DNA of 64,000 nt from an uncultured Verrucomicrobiota bacterium (GTDB lineage: Bacteria > Verrucomicrobiota > Kiritimatiellia > CAIQIC01 > CAZMXS01), in assembly GCA_964570325.1 (NCBI GenBank), contig CAZMXS010000002.1:17398-81397 (forward strand), read 5' to 3'. Under the pieces are notes generated by a model. That model saw only the letters and a program-made list of their open reading frames with translations. It searched no databases and was not told where the DNA came from. Numbering within the stretch: position 1 is the first letter of the stretch; each line of letters starts with the position of its first letter. Shown piece by piece: positions 51,976 to 60,251 of the stretch. A program made the translations under genes and the position numbers.

Positions 51976-53205
51976 TCAGCCTTCCAATAAACGTCGCCGT
52001 AATAGATCCAATGCGAACTGAACAGTCCAGTCCCGGATTCGCGCGCGCGCGCCGGTGAATTGATGACGCCGCGCCACGGTCGCTTGCGCATCGGCCACGG
52101 CGAGATAAACCAGCCCCACCGGTTTGTCCACGGTTCCACCGCCAGGTCCGGCGATCCCGGTAACGGCCACGCCGTAATCCGCGCCGAAGCGTTCCCGCAC
52201 GCCTACCGCCATGGCGCGCGCCGTCTCTTCGCTAACCGCGCCGCAACGCGCGATCAGATCAGGCGCCACTCCCAACTCGCGAATCTTCACGGTATTGGAA
52301 TACGCAATAACACCACCCGGATAATAAAGCGAACTGCCGGCGGCGGCCGTCAAGCGTCCACCCAGCAATCCGCCGGTGCAGGATTCGGCGGTGGCCACCG
52401 TGGCGCGCCGCTCCGCGAGCAGGCGGCCGACCACCACCTCCATCTCCGCGCCATCCTCGGAATAAATGCACGCGCCCAACACGCGCCGCACATCCGCGGC
52501 GGCGCGCGCCAGCGCATCGGCGTCGGACGTAGCCAGGCGCACCTCGACCCGGCCGGTCATGGCGCAATACGCCACCTCCATGCCGGGCCGGGGAAAGCCC
52601 TCAACCTCCAGCCGGGCGCCGATGTCAGACTCGCCCAGGCCGCAGACCAGGAACCGCTGCTCGCGGGGCGGCGTCACGCCGAGCGCCTGCGCGCGCAACC
52701 ACGGCAAAACGTGCTCGGTCAGAACCGCGCTGAACTCCTGGGGCGGGCCGGGTAAGATGAAGAGGGTCTTGGCGCCGAAGTTCAGGCGTTCGCCCGGCGC
52801 CATGCCGGCCGAATTGGGCAAGACCACGGCGCCTTCCAATACCAACGCCTGGCGCTCCGAGACGGGAGCAAGCTCGCGCCCCAGGCGGCGGTATTTGATC
52901 CGCATCTGCTCCAGCGAATCACGGTCCAATATAATGCCCCGGTTCAGCACGCGGGCAACCGCGTCGCGAGTAACATCATCGCTCGTGGGACCCAGCCCGC
53001 CGCTCACCACCACATAATCCACTCGCGCCAGCGCGCCGCGCACCGCTTCGGCAATCGCGTCCAAATCGTCCGGCACGGTCGTGTCGCGCGCCAGTCGGAA
53101 ACCCAGCATACGGAGCTGGCCGCCAAGCGTCTGGGCGTGGCTGTTGAGCGTGCTCCCGTTCAACAACTCGGCGCCGGTGGAAACCAGTTCAACCGCTGGA
53201 TTCAT
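51976..53205 (-). CDS. cinA: competence/damage-inducible protein CinA (MoCF-binding domain + NMN deamidase PncC domain)
   Basis: Internal start MNPAVELVSTGAELLNGSTLNSHAQ...; C-terminal CinA domain ATAESCTGGLLG; the cinA-thpR-recA order matches the common cinA-recA linkage. Confidence 0.8.
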   Translation of the reverse strand: MNPAVELVSTGAELLNGSTLNSHAQTLGGQLRMLGFRLARDTTVPDDLDAIAEAVRGALARVDYVVVSGGLGPTSDDVTRDAVARVLNRGIILDRDSLEQMRIKYRRLGRELAPVSERQALVLEGAVVLPNSAGMAPGERLNFGAKTLFILPGPPQEFSAVLTEHVLPWLRAQALGVTPPREQRFLVCGLGESDIGARLEVEGFPRPGMEVAYCAMTGRVEVRLATSDADALARAAADVRRVLGACIYSEDGAEMEVVVGRLLAERRATVATAESCTGGLLGGRLTAAAGSSLYYPGGVIAYSNTVKIRELGVAPDLIARCGAVSEETARAMAVGVRERFGADYGVAVTGIAGPGGGTVDKPVGLVYLAVADAQATVARRHQFTGARARIRDWTVQFALDLLRRRLLEG

Positions 53206-54173
53206 GAGCGGTAGCCGCGGGGGTGCGCCTGGTGCCAGCGCCATGCATGCTGCACAATGGTGCGCAGGTCGGAAAATTCGGGGTTCCAACCAAGCGTCCG
53301 CCGGGCCTTTTCGGCGGCAGCCACCAAGCGAGCGGGATCGCCGGGCCGGCGCGGCGCCAGAACCACCGGAATCGGATGCCCGGTGACTTCGCGGCAGACC
53401 TGGACCACTTCCTGGACTGAGCAGCCCGTGCCGGTGCCAAGGTTGAACGGACCGGTCACCTCCCGCTCCAGCGCCAAAATGTGCGCGCGGGCCAGGTCCA
53501 CAATATGGATGTAATCGCGGATGCAGGTGCCATCCGGTGTATCGTAATCGGTTCCGAAGATTTGCACGTGCGGGGCCTGACCCAGCGCCACTTTCAGCAC
53601 ATTGGGGATCAGGTGGGTTTCAGGGTCGTGGTCCTCGCCAAATTGTTCGGTGGCGCCGCAGGCATTGAAATAGCGCAGGAATACCGGGCACAGGTCCGCG
53701 CGCTCCATCATCCAAATCAGGATCTTTTCCAGCATCAGCTTGGATGAGCCATAGGGATTGGTGGGATGCTGCGGGACATCCTCCGTCATCGGGATCTTTT
53801 CCGGCTGCCCGTAGGTCGCGCAGGTGGAAGAGAAAATGATCTTCTTCACGCCGGTCGCGCGCATGGCCTCCACCAGATGAATGCCACCTTCGACATTGTT
53901 GCGGTAGTACAGCAACGGATCCTGCATGGACTCGCCCACCAGGGCATAGGCGGCGAAATGCATCACCGCGTCAGGCTTGATTGCCCGCATGACATCCGCG
54001 ATCGGGCCGCGGTCGCGCAGGTCGCCACAGACCAGGCGCGCGCGCCGGTCCACCGCCTCGGGGTGGCCGCGTTCGAGATTGTCGAAAACCACCACTTCAT
54101 GGCCGCCGTTGAGCAGCAGTTCAGTGGTCACGCTGCCAATGTAGCCGGAACCGCCGGTAAGCAATATTTTCAT
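53202..54173 (-). CDS. galE: UDP-glucose 4-epimerase
   Basis: MKILLTGGSGYIGSVTTELLLNGGHEVVVFDNL...; catalytic YGSSK; 323 aa. Confidence 0.9.
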   Translation of the reverse strand: MKILLTGGSGYIGSVTTELLLNGGHEVVVFDNLERGHPEAVDRRARLVCGDLRDRGPIADVMRAIKPDAVMHFAAYALVGESMQDPLLYYRNNVEGGIHLVEAMRATGVKKIIFSSTCATYGQPEKIPMTEDVPQHPTNPYGSSKLMLEKILIWMMERADLCPVFLRYFNACGATEQFGEDHDPETHLIPNVLKVALGQAPHVQIFGTDYDTPDGTCIRDYIHIVDLARAHILALEREVTGPFNLGTGTGCSVQEVVQVCREVTGHPIPVVLAPRRPGDPARLVAAAEKARRTLGWNPEFSDLRTIVQHAWRWHQAHPRGYRS

Positions 54174-54228
54174 GGGCGCGGATGGTAGCGCCGGGCCGGG
54201 TGACAGGCCAGTGAAAAGAAGCGGTGGG

Positions 54229-54714
54229 TCAAGGCGGCGGCGCGGCGGAATCGGGCGGCTCGCTTTCGCCCTTGTCGGGATTCTCGGAGGCCGCCTGTTC
54301 CAGGGCCCAGGTCATATCTTCAGCTTGATCCCAGACCTTGCGGGCCACAAAGATCGGGCACCGCTGCTGTAGCGCAATTGCAATCGAGTCGCTGGGGCGC
54401 GCATCAATCTCAATAAAATTACGGCCGGCATCCCCCGTCTGCAGCAGGAACAGGCGGGCAAAGAACGTGTCATCCTTCAGATCATTGACCACGACTTTCT
54501 GCACCTTGACCCCCAGACCGGCGAAAATCTGGGCGATGAGGTCATGTGTCAACGGCCGCGGCTTTTTGATGCCATGCAGGAACATGGTGATGGCGGCCGC
54601 GACGCTGTGATCAACAAAGATGGCAATGGTTTTGGCGCCGTGTCCGAGAAAAACACCACACCCGGTGGGGGTGGGGACCAAGCCTTTTATCTGGACGGGA
54701 ACATCGGCTTCCAT
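54229..54714 (-). CDS. bifunctional-nuclease-domain (DUF151/BFN) protein
   Basis: Internal start MEADVPVQIKGLVPTPTGCGVFLGHGAKTIAIFVDHSVAAAITMFLHG...RPLTHDLIAQIFAGLGVKVQKVVVNDLKDDTFFARL...ARPSDSIAIAL matches the DUF151 consensus. Confidence 0.6.
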   Translation of the reverse strand: MEADVPVQIKGLVPTPTGCGVFLGHGAKTIAIFVDHSVAAAITMFLHGIKKPRPLTHDLIAQIFAGLGVKVQKVVVNDLKDDTFFARLFLLQTGDAGRNFIEIDARPSDSIAIALQQRCPIFVARKVWDQAEDMTWALEQAASENPDKGESEPPDSAAPPP

Positions 54715-54715
54715 G

Positions 54716-54811
54716 TCACATGTCGCGGGTGACGAAATACACCGAACAGAAGATGAAAACAATCATGGCTCCGGATGTCAGCGACGACCAACTCAGCCCT
54801 ATAAAACCCAT
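54716..54811 (-). CDS. small hydrophobic peptide, 31 aa (paralog 1 of 3): MGFIGLSWSSLTSGAMIVFIFCSVYFVTRDM
   Basis: Minus-strand ATG at 54811 to TGA at 54716-54718; one predicted TM helix; the stop is 1 nt from the BFN start (ATGTGACATGG); paralogous to the next two ORFs. Confidence 0.5.
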   Translation of the reverse strand: MGFIGLSWSSLTSGAMIVFIFCSVYFVTRDM

Positions 54812-54826
54812 GTCCACAAAAGCAGA

Positions 54827-54922
54827 TTACATGTTTCTGGTAACATAGAAAACCATAAAAAATATAAAAAGGATCAACGAGCCTGACGATAAAGTGGACC
54901 AGCTAATGCCGACAAATTCCAT
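54827..54922 (-). CDS. small hydrophobic peptide, 31 aa (paralog 2 of 3): MEFVGISWSTLSSGSLILFIFFMVFYVTRNM
   Basis: AAGGA Shine-Dalgarno 7 nt upstream of the ATG (54922); ~35% GC; differs from paralogs mostly at synonymous positions. Confidence 0.55.
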   Translation of the reverse strand: MEFVGISWSTLSSGSLILFIFFMVFYVTRNM

Positions 54923-54940
54923 GATGATTCCTTGGGCGCG

Positions 54941-55015
54941 CTACATGTTACGGGTGACGTAGAATACCATGAAGAAAATGAAAAGGATCATCCCGCCTGA
55001 CAGAAATGTTTCCAT
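54941..55015 (-). CDS. small hydrophobic peptide, 24 aa (paralog 3 of 3): METFLSGGMILFIFFMVFYVTRNM
   Basis: ATG at 55015 lies 10 nt downstream of a -10-like TATATT (apparently leaderless); C-terminal 16 aa identical to paralog 2 despite different codons. Confidence 0.5.
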   Translation of the reverse strand: METFLSGGMILFIFFMVFYVTRNM

Positions 55016-55025
55016 TGCGATATTT

Positions 55026-55054
55026 AATATACCCCGCCGACCAATTCCGGTCAA
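55026..55054 (-). promoter_or_regulatory. sigma70-like promoter (-35 TTGACC, 17-nt spacer, -10 TATATT) driving the small-peptide triplet
   Basis: Minus-strand sequence TTGACCggaattggtcggcggggTATATTaaatatcgcaATG; the -10 end to ATG distance of 10 nt implies a leaderless or near-leaderless transcript. Confidence 0.4.
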
Positions 55055-55088
55055 AGGCAAGTTACCAGCAGACAGCCATCAGTAAACG

Positions 55089-55109
55089 GTAATCAGCAAT
55101 CAGTGATCG
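55089..55109. repeat. heptamer tract TAATCAG CAATCAG TGATCGG
   Basis: Three 7-nt units about 35-55 nt upstream of the predicted -35 of the peptide-operon promoter; same unit family as 33766 and 34242. Confidence 0.4.
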
Positions 55110-55290
55110 GCGCCTGGCCCGACGGTTGAGAAGGCGTAAAACCAACGCTGAATGAGGGCGCGCATACGCTCGCCGGCATACGGGTCGTTAAGGAACAAGT
55201 TGATGGTTGAAGCGGGCCAGCCGCCCGCGCTCCATGTTCAGTTTCAAGAAACAGCGTCCCGACCACTGCGCGCCGATTACCGGCCCCAAC

Positions 55291-57930
55291 TCACGCCCCC
55301 TTCTTCCGGTGAATGGCCTTGAACGTCAATTCATTTGGCTGCCGGGAGTCCAAATCCACGCGGATCTGATCGCCTTCGCGGACTTCGCCTTTGAGAATTT
55401 CAGTGGCCAGCGCGTCCAATATGCGGCGCTGGATCACCCGTTTGAGAGGACGCGCGCCAAAGGCGGGATCGTAGCCTTCGTTCGCCAGAAAATTCTTGGC
55501 GGCATCGGTCAGCTCCAGCGTCACCTGTTTTTCATCGAGATACTGGCCAACCCGCTGGAGCTGGATTTCCACGATCCGCTGGAGCTGTTCGCGGCTGAGG
55601 CTGTGGAAGATAATGATTTCGTCTATCCGGTTGAGAAACTCCGGCCGGAAATGAGCTCGTAACGCCTCGGTTACGCGCGCTTCCATCTGCTCGTAGGCGG
55701 AACTGTCGCGGGCCAGGTCGGGATTGCGCTCCAGGGTTTCCTGGATGATCGGACCGCCGATGTTCGAGGTCATAATCACCAGCGTGTTCTTGAAGTCCAC
55801 CGTCCGCCCCTGCCCATCGGTCAACCGCCCGTCATCGAGGATTTGCAGCAAAACATTGAATACTTCAGCATGCGCCTTCTCGATCTCGTCGAACAGTACG
55901 ACCGAATATGGTTTGCGGCGCACATGCTCGGTCAGGTACCCGCCTTCTTCATAGCCGACGTATCCCGGCGGCGCGCCAATCAGGCGGCTGACCGCGTGCT
56001 TTTCCATGAACTCGGACATGTCAATCCGAATCAGCGCGTGCTCATCGTCGAATAAAAATTCGGCCAGCGCGCGAGCCAGTTCGGTTTTGCCGACACCGGT
56101 CGGCCCCAGGAAAATAAAGGAACCGATCGGCCGGTTCGGATCCTGCAGGCCCGAGCGAGCGCGCCGGACCGCGGCGGCGACGGCGGCGACCGCCTCGTCC
56201 TGGCCGACAACACGCCGGCGCAGCCGCTCCTCCATCTGCAACAGCTTGTCTTTCTCGCTCTCCAAAAGCCGGCTGACGGGAATATGCGTCCACGCCGCGA
56301 CCACGTCGGCGATATCCTCCGGATCCACCTCCTCCTTGAGCATCCGCTGGTTCTTCTGCAAGGTGGCAAGTTTTTTCTGGGCGGCCTGAATCTGCTGTTC
56401 CGCTCGGGGAACCTGCCCATACATGATTTCCGCGGCGCGCTCCAACCGGCCCTCGCGTTTGGCGGTCTCGCCCTCATTCCGCAACGCATCCAGCGCCTCG
56501 GTCTGGCGCGCGAGTTCCGTGATCAATTCTTTCTCCTGCCGCCAATGCAATTTCATTACGCGGCTGCGCTCTTTCAGATCAGCCAGTTCCGCCTCCAATT
56601 TGGCAAGCCGCTCGCGCGAAGCCGCGTCCTTCTCCTTGCGCAGCGCCTGGCGCTCGATCTCCAGTTGCATGACACGGCGCTCAACCTCGTCAATCTCGGT
56701 CGGCAAACTGTCAATCTCCATCCGCAGCCGGCTGGCGGCCTCGTCCACCAGGTCAATCGCCTTGTCCGGCAGAAAACGATCCGTGATGTAGCGGTGGGCG
56801 AGCTTGGCGGCCTCGACCAGCGCCGCATCCTGAATCCGAACGCCGTGATGTGCCTCGTAGCGCTCGCGCAAGCCGCGCAGGATGGCAATCGTGGCCTCGA
56901 CGCTCGGCTCGTCCACCATCACCGGCTGAAAACGCCGCTCCAGCGCGGCGTCTTTTTCGATGTATTTCCGGTATTCGTCCAGGGTCGTGGCGCCGATGCA
57001 ACGCAATTCGCCGCGCGCCAGCGGCGGCTTGATCATGTTCGAAGCATCCACCGCACCCTCGGCGCGCCCGGCGCCAACGAGCGTATGCAATTCGTCAATG
57101 AAAAGAATGATCCGTCCCTGGGACTCAATCACCTCCTTGATAAAAGCCTTGAAGCGATCCTCGAACTCCCCGCGATATTTTGCGCCCGCGAGCATCGCGC
57201 CCAGGTCCATTGAGACGACCTGCTTGTTCTTCAATCCATCGGGAACGTCCCCGGCAACAACCCGTTGGGCCAGCCCTTCGGCGATCGCCGTCTTGCCAAC
57301 GCCGGGCTCGCCAATGAGCACCGGGTTGTTTTTCGTGCGCCGGGAAAGCACTTGGATCACACGACGGATTTCCCCATCGCGGCCGATAACGGGATCCAGC
57401 TTGCCGCTGCGCGCGGCGGCCGTCAGGTCGCGGCCGTATTTCTTGAGGGTCTCATACTTGTCTTCGGGCGCCGGATCGGTCACCCGCTGGCCGCCGCGCA
57501 CAGACTGAAGCGCCTTGAGCACGGCATCAGCGCGCAGCCCCAAGCGCTGGGCAATTCGGTGGAAATCCGAATCCTTCTGTTCCAGCGCGGCCAGCAATAG
57601 ATGTTCCGTGCTGACGTACTCATCCTTCATCTTTTCGGAGAGGTTGAAAGCCTCGTCCAACACCTGGCGCAACGCGCGCGACGGGTAGCGTTCAGCGGCG
57701 GAACCCGCCACGGTGGCGCGGTTCTTCAGCGCCGTCTCGAGTTCAGCCTTCAACTGCTCACGGGCAACGCCGAGACGTTGCAGCAGCGGGACGACCACGC
57801 CATCGTCCTGATCCAGCAAGGCCAGCATCAGATGCTCGACATCCATCTCGCCGTGGCCGGCCTGAGCCGCCAGGCGCTGGGCCTGCTGCAGGGCCTCCTG
57901 TGATTTAAGGGTCAAGCGGTCCAATTGCAT
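55291..57930 (-). CDS. clpB: ATP-dependent chaperone ClpB
   Basis: 879 aa; two AAA+ modules ([17 protein letters not shown]; [16 protein letters not shown]); long middle coiled coil; N-terminal Clp_N repeats. Confidence 0.95.
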   Translation of the reverse strand: MQLDRLTLKSQEALQQAQRLAAQAGHGEMDVEHLMLALLDQDDGVVVPLLQRLGVAREQLKAELETALKNRATVAGSAAERYPSRALRQVLDEAFNLSEKMKDEYVSTEHLLLAALEQKDSDFHRIAQRLGLRADAVLKALQSVRGGQRVTDPAPEDKYETLKKYGRDLTAAARSGKLDPVIGRDGEIRRVIQVLSRRTKNNPVLIGEPGVGKTAIAEGLAQRVVAGDVPDGLKNKQVVSMDLGAMLAGAKYRGEFEDRFKAFIKEVIESQGRIILFIDELHTLVGAGRAEGAVDASNMIKPPLARGELRCIGATTLDEYRKYIEKDAALERRFQPVMVDEPSVEATIAILRGLRERYEAHHGVRIQDAALVEAAKLAHRYITDRFLPDKAIDLVDEAASRLRMEIDSLPTEIDEVERRVMQLEIERQALRKEKDAASRERLAKLEAELADLKERSRVMKLHWRQEKELITELARQTEALDALRNEGETAKREGRLERAAEIMYGQVPRAEQQIQAAQKKLATLQKNQRMLKEEVDPEDIADVVAAWTHIPVSRLLESEKDKLLQMEERLRRRVVGQDEAVAAVAAAVRRARSGLQDPNRPIGSFIFLGPTGVGKTELARALAEFLFDDEHALIRIDMSEFMEKHAVSRLIGAPPGYVGYEEGGYLTEHVRRKPYSVVLFDEIEKAHAEVFNVLLQILDDGRLTDGQGRTVDFKNTLVIMTSNIGGPIIQETLERNPDLARDSSAYEQMEARVTEALRAHFRPEFLNRIDEIIIFHSLSREQLQRIVEIQLQRVGQYLDEKQVTLELTDAAKNFLANEGYDPAFGARPLKRVIQRRILDALATEILKGEVREGDQIRVDLDSRQPNELTFKAIHRKKGA

Positions 57931-58087
57931 CGGACACCTCCGGTTCTGCCGTATTCGATCATGCGCACATGGTAGCCAAACGGTGATGGCGGGAAAGTAT
58001 TTTTCGGCGTCGTTGCGCCGGACTGGACAGGGTTTTTTGAACTAGCCGATGGCTCGGCGGGCGAAAAGACCATCGCGTTGATTGACG

Positions 58088-58927
58088 TTATGGCTCGACC
58101 AGACGCACCCGGTAACTGCCGTTCTCGTTGGCGAAACCGTTGGTGACGACCGTTTCAGTGATTGGGCCGACGGCGGTGATCACGGCGCTGACGTTATTGT
58201 AGACCGGATTCTCCTTCAGGTCGTCAACCGTGTACTCCACCTGGTACTGCTTGCCGGCAACGGAATCCCAGCCAATGACCGCGTCATTGTTCTCGTCGGC
58301 GCGGACCCAGGCCATGATAAAGACGGAATTGATATCGAGCAAATCGGTGCCGGCGCGCGGCTCATCGCCGTCGCGCATGCCGTCACCGTCGGAATCCCAC
58401 TTGGTCGGGTCAGAACCGTAGCTCTTCTCCCAGGAATTGTTAAGGCCGTCGTTATCCGGATCGCGCGGGTCAATTGGATTGGTGGTCGCGGATATCGCCG
58501 CCACCATGTCATAAATACCGGCCGGTACCGGCATCGCCTGCGAGTCCCCGTAGAAAGAAGCGGCGGCCAGGGTTGGCGCATTGAAAACCCGCACAAAAAT
58601 GGTGCCAGACGGCTTGGGATCCATGAACACAGCCGCAAAACGGGCCGGCTCAATCAAGCCCGGCGCCATCATGCCGCCGATGGTGGTTTGACTGACCAGC
58701 GGGTTGTTGGGATCGGCGTTACCATCATAATCCGGAGGGAAAATGCCGCTGTTCGCATAGCGGATCTCGACCAAATCACAGTTGGTCGCCGGGCTCAAGA
58801 TATTGCCGACCAGTTTAGCGCCGAACTCGTCCACAATCTCGTTGGTCACACCAATGTTGAGCGGAATTTCCTGGGCAAGAACCGGCAAGCTCCATAACGC
58901 CCCCAACGCCAACAGTCCAGCGAGCAT
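58088..58927 (-). CDS. secreted protein with thrombospondin-type-3-like Ca-binding repeats and conserved terminal domain
   Basis: Signal peptide MLAGLLALGALWSLPVLAQE (internal start); DPRDPDNDGLNNSWEKSYGSDPTKWDSDGDGMRDGDEP...; terminal ...GSYRVRLVEP resembling the C-termini of the GH5 and GH10 proteins. Confidence 0.5.
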   Translation of the reverse strand: MLAGLLALGALWSLPVLAQEIPLNIGVTNEIVDEFGAKLVGNILSPATNCDLVEIRYANSGIFPPDYDGNADPNNPLVSQTTIGGMMAPGLIEPARFAAVFMDPKPSGTIFVRVFNAPTLAAASFYGDSQAMPVPAGIYDMVAAISATTNPIDPRDPDNDGLNNSWEKSYGSDPTKWDSDGDGMRDGDEPRAGTDLLDINSVFIMAWVRADENNDAVIGWDSVAGKQYQVEYTVDDLKENPVYNNVSAVITAVGPITETVVTNGFANENGSYRVRLVEP

Positions 58928-59189
58928 GGGTCCAAGGATCGGGTTAAGCGTTTTACCCCGACATAGGAAAAACGCGGCATAAAAACCGCTCGCCGCCACC
59001 CCCGCCGGTAAGCGGGTCACAGCTTGTCCTGCCGCCCCACCCGGCTGCGTCGCCCTGTGACTGTACGTCTTCATCGCTCGTTCACCATGTTCCCCAACAT
59101 AACCGACATCCTGCGCCCCTGCAACCATCGCTTCCCAACAGATTCGACATTCCGGCCTGATTTTTGCTCATCTTTTCCCAGCCGGATCA

Positions 59190-59807
59190 TCATTCCTGCC
59201 TGCGACGAACCGCCGTCGCCGGACGCGGTTCCACCCGTTTCAAACTGAAATAAACCCCGCCGGCCAACGCCAGAAACAGCAACATATAGCTGCCCGTGCG
59301 TGGTTCCGGGATCACAATGAAATTATTTGTGGCATTAACCTGAATCGGCGCATCCGGCGCAAAATCAACCGCAATCTGCTGGAATGCATCCCAGTTGGTG
59401 GCGGGCATCATAATCGAAGTGCCCCATGCGACCAAACCCAGCACCGGATCATTAACCGTCTCGAAGAAACGGATATACAGCCACTTGACAGCCTCCGAGT
59501 CAAAAGTGAAGCCGCCGACGTCGAAACCGCCCCAGCCATCCGCCAGACGAATGGTTCCGATGTAGACATCGTTGCCCTGGGTTGAATTGGCGATTAAATT
59601 GGTCCCGATTTGAATGGGTCCGTTGTTGATATTGTCATAACTGCCGAAAATATAAACTACCGACCCATCTCCCAATGGCGCGCCAGCCGAACCCAGCAAT
59701 TCCCAGCTTGTATAAGCCTCCAGGGTAATCGTAAGCGCTTGCGCCCCCGGCACGATGCCGGCTAGGGCGATCATGGCGACCGCCAGCGCCCGCTTCAGAT
59801 TGTGCAT
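59190..59807 (-). CDS. PEP-CTERM sorting-domain protein (exosortase substrate)
   Basis: N-terminal signal peptide; C-terminal VIPEPRTGSYMLLFLALAGGVYFSLKRVEPR (PEP motif, TM helix, basic cluster). Confidence 0.65.
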   Translation of the reverse strand: MHNLKRALAVAMIALAGIVPGAQALTITLEAYTSWELLGSAGAPLGDGSVVYIFGSYDNINNGPIQIGTNLIANSTQGNDVYIGTIRLADGWGGFDVGGFTFDSEAVKWLYIRFFETVNDPVLGLVAWGTSIMMPATNWDAFQQIAVDFAPDAPIQVNATNNFIVIPEPRTGSYMLLFLALAGGVYFSLKRVEPRPATAVRRRQE

Positions 59808-60146
59808 CGGCACACGCATACCCCGCCTACCCCGATTTAACACCCATAACGCCTGTTTTGTCCGCTTGCCATAACTGACCGAGCTGGATCAAAACAGACT
59901 GATCCCACTTCGAGCATATTATCCGCACTCTCTACGGTTATAGATACCTGTTCAGGCTGATAATGTCAAACGATTGAACCGTGTTTTTATTGTTCGGAAT
60001 CAGTATGCCAGCGCCCCTGTTCATGTCAGGAATGAGAATGGAATTACCGGTATCATACGGGTACCGGGAAAATTTGCGGGCCAGCCGAACCAGAATCCCA
60101 TATATGACGGCCCACTGATAATTTTCCGTTACCGAGCCAAAAGATT

Positions 60147-60174
60147 TTGACAATCGCCAACTTGGGGCGATAAT
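60147..60174 (+). promoter_or_regulatory. near-consensus sigma70 promoter (-35 TTGACA, 16-nt spacer, -10 GATAAT) upstream of the MsmX-like ATPase gene
   Basis: TTGACAatcgccaacttggggcGATAAT about 75 nt upstream of the ATG at 60252, in a 400-bp low-GC intergenic region. Confidence 0.4.
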
Positions 60175-60251
60175 TCAGCCGTTTTTTATTGGCTGGACCT
60201 GCCATCCTGCGGATCCGGCTGGGTGGCGAAGCGGCACAAGGAGCAACACAC

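Noticed and set aside
54716-55015. Resemblance of the small peptides to cytochrome b6f subunit PetN (MDIVSLAWAAL...)
   Set aside because: Only a short N-terminal pattern (M-acidic-hydrophobic-V-small-hydrophobic-small-W) is shared. The organism shows no photosynthetic features (unsplit rpoC), and three tandem copies would be unprecedented for PetN. Judged coincidental similarity of short TM peptides.
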